A stretch of 64,000 bases of DNA from NCBI RefSeq assembly GCF_009914755.1, contig NC_060945.1; one strand, written 5' to 3'. The translations under genes were made by a program, and so were the position numbers. Shown in pieces: positions 26,747 through 42,161 of this stretch (position 1 is its first letter; every line of letters starts with the position of its first letter). The notes under the pieces are model-generated. The model was given only the letters and a program-made list of their open reading frames with translations, ran no database searches and had not been told where the DNA came from. This DNA comes from the human T2T-CHM13v2.0 reference genome, Homo sapiens.

Positions 26747-28757
26747 GTCCTAGACAGAGCAATCAAGCAAGAGAAAGAAATAAAAGGCATCCAAATAGGA
26801 AAAGAAGAAGTCAAACTATCTTTCTTCAATGACGATATAATTCTATACCTAGAAAACCCCAAAGACTCTGCCAAAAGGCTCCTAGAACTGATAGATGACT
26901 TCAGTAAGGTTTCAGGATACAAAATCAATGTACAAAAATTAGTAGCATTTCTATACACTGATAATGTTCAAACTGAGAGTCAAATCAAAAACACAATCCC
27001 ATTTACAAGAGCCACACAAAAAAAGAAACATCTAGGAATACGGGTAACCAAGGTGGTGAAAGATCCCTACAATAAGAACTACAAAAAACTGCTGAAAAGA
27101 ATCAGAGATAACACAAATAAATGGAAAAATATCCTATGCTCGTTGATTGGAAAAGTCAATCTTGTTAAAATGTCCATATTGTCCAAAGCAACTTACAGAT
27201 ACAACAATATTCCTATCAAGCTCCCAAAGTCAATTTTCACAGAATTAGAAAAACTACCCAAAAATTCATACAGAATCAAAAAAGAACCTGAATAGCCAAA
27301 GCAATCTTTAGCAAAAACAATAAAGTTAAAGGCATCACATTACTTGACTACAAATTATACTCTAAGGCTACAGTAACCAAAACAGCATGGTACAAAAAAT
27401 ACACACAGACCAGCAGAACAGAATAGGGAATCCAGAAATAAAGCTGCATATCCACAACCATCTGATCTTTGACAAAATCAACAAAAACAAGCAATGGGGA
27501 AATGACTCCTTATTCAATAAAAAGTGCTGGGATAACTAGCTATCCATATGCAGAAGATTGAAACTGGACCTCTCTCTTACACCATATACAAAAATTAACT
27601 CAAGATGGATTAAAGATTTAAATGTAAAACCTCAAATTATAAAAATCCTGGAAGAAAACCTAGAAAATACTCTTTTCAACATCATCCTTGGCACAAAAAT
27701 GTTTCGCTAAGTCCACAAAAACAATAGCAACAAAAGCAAAAATTAACAAGAGGGACCTAATGAAACTAAAGAGCTTCTGCACAGCAAAAGAAATTATCAA
27801 TAAACAACCTACAGAATGGGAGAAAATGTTTGCAAACTGTGCATTCAACGAAGTTCTGATATCCAGGATATATAAGGAACTTAAATCAACAAGCAAAAAA
27901 GCAAATAATCCCATTAAAAAATGGGCAAAGAACATCAACAGACACTTCTCAAAGAAAGACATACACATGGCCACCAAATGTATAAAAAATGCTCAATATC
28001 ACCAGTCAAAGAAATGCAATTCTTTGAGATTCGCACTGAGACACCATCTCACACCAGTCAGAATGGCTATTACTAAAAGGTCAAAAACAACAGATGCTGG
28101 TGAGGCTGCAGAGAAAAGAGAATGCTTATACCTATTGGTGGGAATGTAAATTAGTTCAGCCACTGCGGAAAGCAGTTTGGAGATTTCTCAAAGAACTTAA
28201 AACACAGCTACCATTTGACCCAGCAATCCCATGACTGGGTATATATCCAAAGTAAAATAAATAAAATAAATTGTTCTACCAAAAAGACACATACATTTGC
28301 ATGTTCATTGCTGCTCTATTCAAAATGAAGACATGGGATCAACCTAGGCGCCCATCATTGATGGATTTGATAAAGAAAATGTGGTACGTACACACCATAA
28401 AATACTATGCAGCCATTAAAAAGAATGAATTCATGTCCTTTGCAGACACATGGATGCAGCTGCAGGCCATAATCCTAAGTGAATTAATGCAGAAACAGAA
28501 AACCAAATACATGTTCTCACATATAAGTAGGAGCTAAACACTGAGTACACATGGACATAAAGATAAGAACAATAGACACTGCAGACTAGTAGAGAGGAAA
28601 GGGTGGAGGGCAGGTTGAAAAACTGACTATTGGGTATGACGCTCACTATCTGGGTGATGGGATCCATCCCCCAAACCTCAGCATCATGTAATATACCCAT
28701 GTAACAAACCTGTACATATACCCCCTAAAATAAAAGTTGAAATTGTTTAAAAAAAAA
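26747..28757 (+). mobile_element. 5'-truncated L1PA15/16-like LINE (ORF2 RT to 3' end)
   Basis: gtcctagacagagcaatcaagcaagagaaagaaataaaaggcatcc...; 3' UTR aacctcagcatcatgtaatatacccatgtaacaaacctg; ORF2-like ORFs at 27053, 27688, 28271. Confidence 0.93.
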
Positions 28758-30899
28758 TCTTAAATAGGCTGTGAATGTAGTGAAGTTAGGTAAATTCAGT
28801 GAACAAATAACATTTGAATGAAAATCTAGCAATTAAAGAGTTAAAATGGTACCCCACTTCCCCCAGAAGTTTAGAGGGATGGTTAAAAAATGAAATTGAG
28901 TCTTTGTTATGTCTTGGGGTGTTATCCTGTTTCTGATATTTATCAGCGAAGATGTTTTGAGCAATGTAGCCACTCAAAGACTTACTTTTATGAGATGTAA
29001 ATTATGAATAACACCTACTTCACATAGCTGTTGTAAAGAGTAAAAATTTTAATGTATGGCAATATTTCATAGAACCTCTGAAACATAGAAATGCTCAATA
29101 ATTGGCAGAGTGTTTGTTTTATTTTGTTTATAATCAGAGTTTTAGGCTAAAATTCCAATGCAAAAGAAGCTAATTTGGGCTATTAGGATGCTATCAAGAG
29201 ATTTTTATCCCATAGATGAAAAAAAATGGATTTCTATGAAAAAAGAACAAAAAATTGTTTGAAATAGGATGAACACAAAACAATAGTACATGAAACAGCC
29301 TACTTACATTATAAAATGGCAATCACCCTTGAATTCTAGCTGCAACAGATAAACATTAAATTATCATCATAAAACCAAAATAAACTACAAATGTTATCTG
29401 AAGGAGAGAGGTGGAACTTGCTCATTAAATGTGGCTTATCAATCTCAATGTGTCCACTTATAATATGTGCAGGAGATTATACCGCCGAGAGGGGAGAAAA
29501 AGGGGGCTATGTATGTCCCCAGAGCGCTGCTGTTAAAGCTAGAATTCACTAAATATCATTCATCCACTTCATAATTCATCCAAAGGAACTCTAAGCCAAA
29601 TAATTTTGCATCTTATTTTAAGGAATAAATAGTAATGGCTTTTGAAAATCTTAGTTTCTCAAAATAAAAACCATACACGTGATTGGCTGGCAAATGCCAA
29701 AGTTTTTCCTGGCAACCCTCTGCCTCCCTGGGGGAGTTCAAGTTTCTCCACGCTCATTGAGATCTCTACCATCACCTTATCCTTACCCAGCACAAAATAT
29801 CAAATCTGTATCAAGGGACAAATACAGCCGTCAAGGGTTCATAATGAATCTGTTATACAAGGTTGTGAAGCTTTTGGTGTGAGGATGAAATAAGAGCCAA
29901 AGTTCACATCTTCTGCTTGTTTCTTCTTCCCCAAAATTCAGCTGGATGACTGAGAAGGACCAGGGGGGGTAGAGGTTTAAGAAAGACACTACTCTTTTGA
30001 AAGTTCAAGAGAAGACAGAAGAGGAGGGCAAAGGGATCTTCAAAGTTCACCTAAGGGGCTGGGCCCCTCAACTAGGGCTTGAGTACTTAATGAAGCCTAC
30101 ATATTTCCAAAGGGTTCCATGGTGTACAGCTATGATCAAGCATTCTTAATCTACTCTCTGTTTTCGAGCAACAAGACAAATCTTTGTGAAAACTGGTTTC
30201 ATCCTTTGGCTACAAGAGATGTTCGGCTGTTCAATGAAGTGGGAAGGGAAGAGATAATGCCTCTTTCTACATAGAATTTGTTAGGTGTAGATTCCTCTAT
30301 ATGCTTCTTGATGCCTTTTCACCCCTGTCTTTCTTTTCCTTCTTATGGCATTTATTTCACACACCCATATCTTCTAATTAGGTAAACTCTGAAACTGAAA
30401 ATATTTTCTTTAAAAGTAAATAAATAAAACATGTCCCTTTGCAGCTCCTGCTATGCAGCTATGCCCACTGTCTCTCTCCTGGTTGATGCTCACCACTGAT
30501 TTTATGCTGTCAGGCATTCCATTCACACAGAGTTTAGGTTCTTATCCTTAGTGGCATTGGCCCATCAAGGAGTTTTATTTTTACCCAAACCCCTTAATAT
30601 CTTTATCTCTAAAGACATTTTCCTTCTCCTAAAGATGTTCTCTATCTTTCACTTACGTCACCTGCAACTATGGCCATAATCTACCAGCCTATAACTGCTG
30701 CCTCCAAAATCCCTAAATCAAGGCTCCTGATTTTTTATCACAAAATTATATCATTTCTAGACTAACTTCTAGTATACTTATGAGAACTCTTTAATATGGA
30801 AGAGATGTGTGTATGTTTAAAAGCCAGTGAAAATGGTCCATTTGTTTGAGGCCAGCTGAAGCTACAAGAAAACAAAGATACCAGCTGATAAGGTAAAAG

Positions 30900-32160
30900 T
30901 CTAGTCTATCAACACCTCTAACCTCTCTTAGCCCATCAGACCTCCCAATTCATCACTCTATAGATTCCATGAGCCATAAATTTAGTACTTTATTTTCTGA
31001 GCCGTGAAACCTTTTCTCCCTTTGTCTTTGCACCCGTTTAGCAAAAGTCTAGCTCCAGTTGATCTCCTTTGCTTTCTCTTCTCATGCCTATGTTAAACAT
31101 AGGAGACTATCAAAAAACCATTCCATCCACCTGTGCCTTGGATCCTGTCTTTTCTCATCTTCCCATTAATTTGTGCTATTATCTATATCTTCCTCCTTTT
31201 GTATATTTAACCTCTCCTATTGACTTCTAAACAGGCTCACATTTCTCTCATCCTAAAAAGAAAGTTAAACTCAAGCTCTCATTCCCCAACTGCTTTCCTG
31301 TCTCTTTTTCACTCTTCAAATGCAAATCTCTTAAAAAATTTGCCTTCACCCACTGATTTCATTTTCTCACCTACCTCTCACTCCCCACCCACGCCAATAT
31401 GACTTCCATTCCCACCACTCAACCAAATAGCTCCAAGCTCACTAATGTTTCCATTCTGATAAATTTGATGGTATTTTGGGGTAGCAAAATACCTTCAAAT
31501 ACCTTCCAGACAGTGTCTTCTATGAGGTTCCATGTTTTCTAGAATGGTATTTTGGGGTAGCAAAATGTTTCCTGGAATGGTATTTTGGGGTAGCAAAATA
31601 CCATCAAATACCTTCCAGACAGTGTCTTCTATGAGGTTCCATGTTTTCTGGTCCCTCCCATCATGCAAATTCATGTGCAAATTGTACTTCCTCATTCCTT
31701 AGGTTCCAGGAGAGTGGCTTTCTTTCAGGTCCGTAAGCCTGCCAAGCTCCTTCTTGCCACAGATCTGGTGCTCTTTACCCGGAATGTTCTCAATATTCTC
31801 CTCCTATGTTAATTAGTTGATCCTTCTCAGCCTTCTGATCTCTATCTAAATATTGTTCCTTCTGGGAGTACTTCTCTGACCTAAATCAGAGAAATATTTA
31901 TTATGAAAATGACCAATTATAAAATTAGTCTTTTTGCAATTCAGTTCCTTTCATTATCTGCTTGGCTTTTAATACTTGAAATTTTATATTTATATTTTAT
32001 TACTTTCTATTTATGATTATAGGATAATTTTATTAAGGTTTGTTAAACTATAAGGTCCATGAAGGCAGGTGAAATTACTGCTTTCATATTACTGCATTCT
32101 CAGTTATTAGCAGAGTTCCTGGCACACAGTAGGTACTCAGAAATACTTTTTAAATGCATA
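30900..32160 (+). mobile_element. fragmented L2 LINE
   Basis: pyrimidine-rich L2-like body; 3' end gttcctggcacacagtaggtactcagaaata. Confidence 0.6.
31463..31649. repeat. hairpin plus complex tandem duplication (A-B / A / A-B)
   Basis: 73-bp unit at 31468-31540 and 31577-31649; partial unit at 31544-31566; 16-bp inverted arms. Confidence 0.95.
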
Positions 32161-34107
32161 TTTGTCAAGACAGGATAGAGCCAGATGATATCCAAAGTTT
32201 CTCATTTCTACCAAATGGATAACTTTAAGATATAGATTTTTATTTTAACATTGTTTATGATATTTATTGAGTTTCAGGCTTCCAGGTCTATATTATTCTA
32301 AAATTAATATACTTACTTAAATTTATTTAACTTTTTGTTTTTATTTTTGTTCCAGTGGCATTTGATTTTTTAAGTTTTTTGTTTTTTAATAATTATAAAA
32401 TTATTTTTAAATCAATTCCATTTAGTTGTCATCCATCTCTCAGAAAGTCTTATTTTTTCTTTCAAATTAATATCTTGCCTTTAATTCTATAATAGTAAAA
32501 GTGATCATCTGTATCAGGAATTTAATACTTTGGTGGTAACTAGCAAATGTTACTCTGCTCCTCTACACCCCTAGGTCTTTATTTCAATTAGTATAATATG
32601 CTCATTAAACTAAGACATCTATTATGTTGCCAGCATTCACATAACAGATGGAAAAATGTCTCATATGGGTCAATTGGAATAATTTTGCTAAATTAACATT
32701 GTAGCCTTTTATAAGAGGGTCTTAGTAGCTACTGTTATTAACAGAAATAGGGCATAAATTGAAATGAGGTTTTTTATGTTTGGCCTACTCTGGGTAGATT
32801 TTTAATTGACAAGTCTGTGTAGATGCCAGCTATGCTTTCAAAACATACCTTACTCATGCACCCATAGAGCCATTTGCCAATTTGTACAGTATTAAGGATC
32901 ATGCATTTTTACCTGGCTCACTATAAAATAGAGTAAAGTTCCTAATGATAACTTCAGAAATACTATCTATTTTACCTGAATACCTGAAATGGTCTTTACA
33001 CCTTTTGGGTCAAAAGATATCCCTGAACAAAAGGCCTCTTTTCCACCTTCCAGGAATATCCTAATTCTATATGATTCAGCCCCTACCCAAGGCACCTTGT
33101 TTCACTCTTCCTTGGCCAACATGGTGACCCTCCACTGGTCAGCTCACCGGTCAGGCTTTAATAACAGAAATAAAATAAATCAACAATGATTAGCGACCAC
33201 CTGTACTCTACTTAGCCCTGCTCTACTTTCTTACTAGTGTAGCCAAGACCAAGTCACCTGCTCTCTCCTCCTTTGTTTTCTCAACTTTAAAACCTACCCT
33301 AACTCACACAGTCATTATGAATATTTAATGTGTGAACACAGTAAGATTTTTAAAGGCATTTGACAAATGGATTTCACTTGTGTTGTGACCCATACACATT
33401 TCCATTCACTGGCTAGCTTGAGCCCAGGTGACCCACTTGCCCGCCCACCTGTACTCTTCCTCTCCTCCATGTTGCTCCTCAATGAATTAACCTTCCCTAA
33501 AGCACTACTCAGGTAGCACTTCACCAATGCAAAGCTTTTAGTGATGCTCCATAACCTAAAAAGTGAGTAAAAATCCCACAATCTAACCCCGTTCCTACCA
33601 CATATCCCCATCCTCCCATATTTTGACGCCAAAAAATATGTCGATACAATGGGCGGGGATAGTCATTAGTGCTGAGGGGAGGGACTCGAGAAAACTAATT
33701 TTACAATTAGTCATTTCTTAATAAATATTTCTCTGTTTTGATGGCCTTTGGTCAGCTTTTGCTGGCTGCCTTCCCAGAAATTGACTGTGATTTGGACCTG
33801 GGAAGATATCCAGAAGAACTAGTGAAAGATTATCAGAGAGCAGAAAACAAAACACCTTGTCTAAGAGTCTCTTATTTCTACCATATAGAGTATACTTTTA
33901 TTATATAATCTTAAAAATACTCCCATAAAGCTTATTAAGCTAAGGCAATAGCTCATATTTGGCAACCAAGATGAACTAACCTAAATGACCAGTGAGAAAA
34001 GTTGAGCACCAAGACCTCCTGAGGTCATTGGCTAAAGGAGAAACTTCATGCCCCATAGAGGTGGACAGCACCCCTCATAGATGCCCCAGAAGAGTGTCTG
34101 AGTTCTC

Positions 34108-34355
34108 CAGTGAGAACACATGGACACAGGGAGGGGAGCATCACACACCGGGGCCTGTCAGGGGGTGGGGGAGTCAAGGAGAGGGAGAGCATTAGGACAA
34201 ATACCTAATGCATGTGGGGCTTAAAACCCAGATGACGGGTTGATGGGTGCAGCAAACCACCATGGCACATGTATTCCTATGTAACAAGCCTGCACGTTCT
34301 GCACATGTATCCCAGGACTTAAAGTGTAATAAAAATAATCATCATCATAAAAAGA
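34108..34355 (+). mobile_element. 3'-end fragment of an L1PA8-like LINE
   Basis: gagaacacatggacacagggagggg...taatgcatgtggggcttaaaacccagatgacggg...cttaaagtgtaataaaa. Confidence 0.93.
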
Positions 34356-35034
34356 AAGAAAAATGGATAGGTATAGCAAGAGGGTTGAATGGAAGTGGAC
34401 ACCTGTGTTGGGTAGTCAGAGGACATTAGAGGAACCTTGAGAGCCTCAGAAGGGGAGGTGACCGAACTGGAAGAGGGTGTTGTCCACAGACTGCCTGGAA
34501 AAAGATACCTATAGCTAAGATTGGACTAGTTGTACCCATGATCATTGTGCCAGGGACTGTGATAGCTTAGGTCACCGTAGTATGAGAATGCCCTTCATCA
34601 CTGCTGCAGCCCATGAAGGCTTCCAAATAATTCTGCTCTCTGCTGCCTCCAGCTGCAGCACAAGGGAGCTAGGTCAGAGACAACTTGAACAGTTCACAAA
34701 ACATTGTTATGAAGATGAAATGAAAACCAGGCAACAAGTATATTCTCTTAGCTTGTGTTGGCCAATTGTTTGCTTATGGGGGAATGACTTTTGAAGACTT
34801 GATCTAGAGATGGAATCCACAGTCCTCTTTCTCATTTCATCCAAACTGAGTCTGCTGTTTTGTGTTTTATTTATAGAGCAGTCAGGTTCCTTTCTTCCCT
34901 GAAGCCAACCTAGTACCTAGGGCACTAAGATTATGTTAAGAGGCTTTTGTGTGCTAATGTGCTAATTCAAGGCTGATGGAAGTGAATTTTTATCATAATA
35001 ATGTGAATAAAATACATTTTTCTGAAAAAAAAAA
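34356..35034 (+). other. candidate L1 3'-transduced (or retrocopied 3' UTR) segment
   Basis: AATAAA 35006-35011, A10 35025-35034, then TGAGTTCTC (35036-35044), which matches 34099-34107 just 5' of the L1. Confidence 0.6.
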
Positions 35035-35577
35035 GTGAGTTCTCACCAAAACCAGTGGAAGGAGCCCATGATCCACCAAACAGGGACTTCTCAGCTACAA
35101 ATGGGAACGTTTGTGTCTCCAGCTGGGCTGCAGCTCCACCTGCAGAATGAGGAGGAAGGGACCACAAAGTAAACAGGTGATAGTCATTACTAACATTTCC
35201 ATCATCTGCTTTTCCTCTCAATGGCCAGTTAACACAAGATGTCCTCTTGCACAGATGCAGAATCTCATAAGCCATCAACTTTACCCTGAATAGAAGTAAA
35301 AAGGTCTTTATTCATTTTTCCTCCCCCCTAAATTTATTAAATACCTGATAGATGTCAAACACTGTTAGGTATGAAGATACAGTCATGAGTGAAGCATGTT
35401 CTTGGAAAGAAGACATAGCCCAGCTCTCCATAGAAATGAAATACAGCAATAATATATGTATTTATAATAGGTTAATGGGTTTTTTTGTCTACAAAAAAAA
35501 ACAAATTTTTCTATCACTTAGCAAAGTGACTAGGTCATTTTACTTTTTTGAACTTGATTATTTGGCTAATATTATAA

Positions 35578-36791
<1,214 letters not shown>

Positions 36792-36814
36792 AAAAATGGG
36801 AGAAGCGGGAACTA

Positions 36815-36824
36815 GGGACTTTCC
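36815..36824 (+). promoter_or_regulatory. canonical NF-kB motif GGGACTTTCC (copy 1)
   Basis: exact match to the Ig-kappa/HIV kB site; function untested. Confidence 0.4.
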
Positions 36825-36849
36825 ATTTAACCACGATGTATGGTGAGTG

Positions 36850-37240
36850 ATTGATTCCATTTATAACACACTCTAGAAATGACAGAAGTTATAGATATGG
36901 AAAACAAATTAGTGGTTCTCAGGGGTTAGAGATTGTGGGGAGTAGGAGGATGAACACTATAAAGAGGTAGCATAAAGGAGGTTGTGATGATGGGATAGTC
37001 CTCTATCTTGCTTATGATGGTTTTTACACAAATCCACAATGCTGATAAAAGGACATCTCACTCATAGGTGATAAAATGGCAACATTGTACCAGTGTCAAA
37101 TTCCCGGTTTTGACATGTGCTATTGTTACATAAGGTGTAGTCATTGAGGAAACTGCAGGAAGGGGGCGTGAGACCCGTCCATACTATCTCAACTCCCTGT
37201 GAATCTATAATTATTTCAAAATTAAAAGATATTTTTTAAA
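36850..37240 (+). mobile_element. old L1M (L1MC-like) 3'-end fragment
   Basis: tgattccatttata...ggaaaacaaattagtggttctcaggggttag...ccctgtgaatctataattatttcaaaattaaaag. Confidence 0.8.
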
Positions 37241-37256
37241 AAGGAAACAAGCATTA

Positions 37257-37266
37257 GGGACTTTCC
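37257..37266 (+). promoter_or_regulatory. canonical NF-kB motif GGGACTTTCC (copy 2)
   Basis: exact match, inside the repeated 14-mer TAGGGACTTTCCAT. Confidence 0.4.
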
Positions 37267-38477
37267 ATGGAAACATCGGTTAAACATTGGTATAGAAACC
37301 AGATCTACTTTTAATTGAAATCAGACGTGGCTCTTAGAGTGTTGGGCACATAAACAGGTGTCTCCATCTCTTTAACATTGACGAGGGAAGTATGCTGCAC
37401 GCATAAAGGACCACCTGGTCAGCTGGTTGGTGTTACATCCTTGATAATATGAGACTAAACCTAATGTTTAGAAGAGAAAGCAAATAGCTTGAAGCCAGCC
37501 ACCTAACAGATTCTGTTGCTTCTAATTTCTATCATATAGTTTCTGATTATTACCTTAGGTAAAATAAGAAATATCTCAATTAAAAATTCAAAAACTTTTC
37601 TTTGGAAATTGTTAAAAGTGGAACCATTAAAGTCAGACAAATTAGATCAGACACAAAAGTTTAAGATATGCAGAAATTTTTCAGGCTAATGGCCTAAAGT
37701 ACCTCTTGAGCTTTTCTTATCATCAATGTCTATGGTTATATTATTTCTGTTGAGGTAAAATTATCTACATAATGCTATTACCTAGGTCTCCTGTGTATAA
37801 GGATAACGGAAAGTGCTTCCACGCTTTGCAAATACATTATGGTCTGAAAGAATATTAACATTTTGTCTATATAAGTTCCTAATGGGAATATTTCTACAAC
37901 ACTAAAATAATTACTCAAAATGGCTCTCTACTCATAATTGCAACAAATTTTATAAAATTACAGATTTGAGGATATATTACTATATATTGTATCTTGCGTT
38001 GTTAAGATACTAGACATTCTGATTCAGTTTAAATGTTCATCAAGTTTACGCATATTTTTATGTGTATCTATGATTTAAAGAAAGACAAAGTGATAAAATA
38101 GATCATTGAATAAACTATCTAGTCCACTCTACAAAATAGTACACCTGTTATATCTCAGCTTAAAATAATTATATAACTAGTTACATCCTGTAATTTGCTA
38201 ACACAGTTTTTGACTACCTACAGGATATGTTCTGTGGATTCATTTTTATAAGCCATAGCTGTTCGGACCCAATGACTAATAGCTTCCGTAAGTGAAAATT
38301 CAGAACTAGAGCCAGAAAAGAAATACAACATCTCTAGTACTCTAAAGGTACTTAGAGGATGTACACTTTGGGGTATGCAGGTGTGAGGAGCCAGTGGGAT
38401 AATAGTAGAAGGCTTCTTTTTAGCCTCAGGATCAAGCCACATTCCCCAACATGTTTGCAAAATACCTTGTAATTTGA

Positions 38478-38775
<298 letters not shown>

Positions 38776-39164
38776 GAGGGATTTTTTTTTAAAGGTACCG
38801 GTATGCTTCTTCACCATGTCATTCTGGTGTCTATTGCTCTAGTAAGTTAGAACCATGGGAAAACGAAAGCATTAGTCCATAACTAATACTTGTCCATAGC
38901 AGAATTAGTATCTGCCAAACCCCAAAACCATCCTACTCAAATACAAGGTGTACACATAAAATTTGACAATATCTTTAAGAATCATTTGAAACATAATAAA
39001 ATAGAAACATTTTTGGTAAACATTTCAGGTTACATGTCTTTCTGTTTTTAAAAACTCTAAAAACGGGTCATAATTTCTATAGGTAGACGTTCTTTAATCA
39101 AATCAATCAATCCATTTTATTCAGATACCCTATATCTAGTACTAGTTCAGAAAATTCATTTTTC

Positions 39165-39375
39165 TTTATCAACAAATAAAAATTATATGTATATATTACG
39201 TACAACATGATGTTTTTCTACAGGTATATGTTGTGGGATGGCTAAATCAAGCTAATTAACATATCCATTACATCACATACTTATTTTTTGTGATGAGAAT
39301 ATGTAAAATCTACTCTTAGTAATTTTCAAGTATACGATATATAGTTATTTACTAAAATCACCATATTATACAAAG
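39165..39375 (-). mobile_element. L1MA 3'-end fragment
   Basis: caaataaaaattatatgtata..tacaacatgatg..ggctaaatcaagctaattaacata. Confidence 0.75.
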
Positions 39376-41801
39376 AATTTATACAGAAAATCTTTTGTAA
39401 ATAAATACTAACTCAATAAATGCAATTAAGTGGCATACTTTTTGAAAATGTCTGACCAGTGAGGAAATAGATAAATAAAATGTGACATAGAATATAATAG
39501 ATTTCTTTAGGACAAGTAAAAAATAAAAATTTCATATCAAGATGGATATAATACAAAAGTATAAAATGTGGAGGAAGCATATTTCAGAATATGTGAAGAT
39601 ATGCTACAATTTGTATAAAATTTTAAATCATACCAACATCATATTTTATACTGCTCATGAATACTGTTTGCATTAAATAATAAAAAATAGAAAATAAAAC
39701 ATTAAATTTATGATAAAAGCTTTCTTTAAAAAAGGAGAAAAAATAAATTAAGGATGGCAGCTTAAGGGCACTTCAGATTTATCTGTAATATATTTTAGTA
39801 ATTTAAAACACATAATAAACTTTTTGTGGAAAACAAAATTCAGGTATAGTTTATGTTCATCAAGAAATGAAAATTATCGTTTAACAAATTTCTTCTTACA
39901 TTTCATCTTATACTTTTTTTAGGGACCATCTGTGATTATTTATGAACCAAAAGAAACAAAGTGTTTCATAAACTATACAGACAAAGTCTGCTTTTGGTCT
40001 ATATTTTTTTATGAGAACACCATGACTAATCTGACAGAATATGCAGTATAAGAAGTATTTTCTTATAGTTATTTCTACTATTCTTTTCTTTCTCATGAAA
40101 GGACTCACTGAAATTGTGCAGGATGGATGGAATCCCTGCCACTAAACTCCTACACATCAAAAACAAACGTGTAATTCAGTAAAATGGAAGCTGGTGAGTC
40201 TGTGCTTCCTGCCAACCCCAGGGAAGATCCAAGTTTCTTTTGTGATACTGTACAACTCACTGCTTCTTCAGGAGGTATCATCAACAGAGGTCTTGTGCAC
40301 TCTGAAAATAAGAATGCCAGCCCAGAGTCACAGCAGGCTTTTTCTTTCCAGAATTTCTACCTCAAGAACAGACTCATGAGGACCACAGCGGTCTTGGTAA
40401 GAGACCTCTTCTTTTGGAAAAAACTCATACCTTGGTTTTATACACTGTACTAGCCTCTCATGGGGTTCTGTTATCTACATCCCCTCTCAAAGGCTATCTT
40501 CCATTACATAGTTAACCCTGGACCCCGAGTCTAGACTGAACTGTGAGTCCTCAAATTTTGTTTTCATGTCCACCGATAAGCCCTATCTGTCTAGACTACA
40601 CAGCTATGAAATACTACAAAAATCTCAGTCAATTTCCAAATCTTGAACACAAATCTATTCCATGCAACTCATGTGTCATGCATATTTTACTGTATTCTTA
40701 TCCTCTGAAAGTTAGTTGTGTTTTAAAACACGTAGGAAAATTCTCTCTTAACCAAATTATTTTAGCAAAATATTATACACATATTTGCAAACATTGCACA
40801 CATTTATGCTGCTTAAACAGTGACTGACTAATAAGCAAGAACTAGAGTAGACTCTATCCAGCCAGCCAAACGCCAGCTCTCCCTAAGTGCTCTGCTTGTG
40901 GCTCTGTCCACCTTCTGACTCTGCTGTCTCTACTCTTTATCATACGTCTTCTAGTTTTCCGGAGAGAGATGTTCTAGATATGTACCTTCTGATTTAAGAA
41001 AAAAGCACCTCTATCTCTGGCCAATTGTAAAAATTGACAGCAATATATCATATCCATCATTGTTATAAAAATACTGTGTATATCAAAATATACTACTCCC
41101 CTTTGTTATGCTGATGATATCTGGTTGCCCTCTATAAAGGGACAAGGGTTTCTATAACCACAAGCCTGCTTCGCCACATGCCCCTCTTCCTTGAATAAGA
41201 AAGGTTCAGACCATGAGTCGACTAGACCCCAACACTCAGTTGTCCCAAGAGGCATGATTGAGGGTAGAAGGAATAGCAGAGACAGCATATGCACAACCAT
41301 TTTTAGAACTTTGGCAACAGGTAGTTTAGGTGAGCTTTTGAAAGGTGCATAGAGGCTCCCGCTCAGTCTTTCACCTGTGTCTCAGTATTATGAAGGCAAT
41401 TCTGTTTGGTTTGTGTTTTGTTTTGGCAGTGCTACAAAGGACCTCAACACTTCCAGCCAAGGCAGGACCCCTCTAATGAAAAAATATTTGTCCTGAGGGC
41501 CCCCCTTGGGGTGGCAGAGACACTGATGTGTCAGTTGAGATTTATGACAATGATGTAAAGCAGAGAAAAGACCATGCAGGGTTGGCTCACAAAACTGTTG
41601 GTGGAGTTGGGGGGAAAGGACAGGCCACTGGGCTGCTGCCATTGCTAGGAGTGGGAGAAAGATTCAATCGAGAACTTATTGAGTGCCTACTATGTGGCAG
41701 GAACTTAACGGAAGTGATCATCTCCTAGTTCTTATGGTCACTTTTTGAAATGGTTACTACTATCCATATTTTATGGATCAAATTTTCCAAATATTTATTC
41801 A

Positions 41802-42156
<355 letters not shown>

Positions 42157-42161
42157 AAAAG

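Noticed and set aside
31468-31649. CRISPR-like repeat-spacer array
   Set aside because: Only three repeats, the spacers are themselves duplicated, primate context, no cas genes
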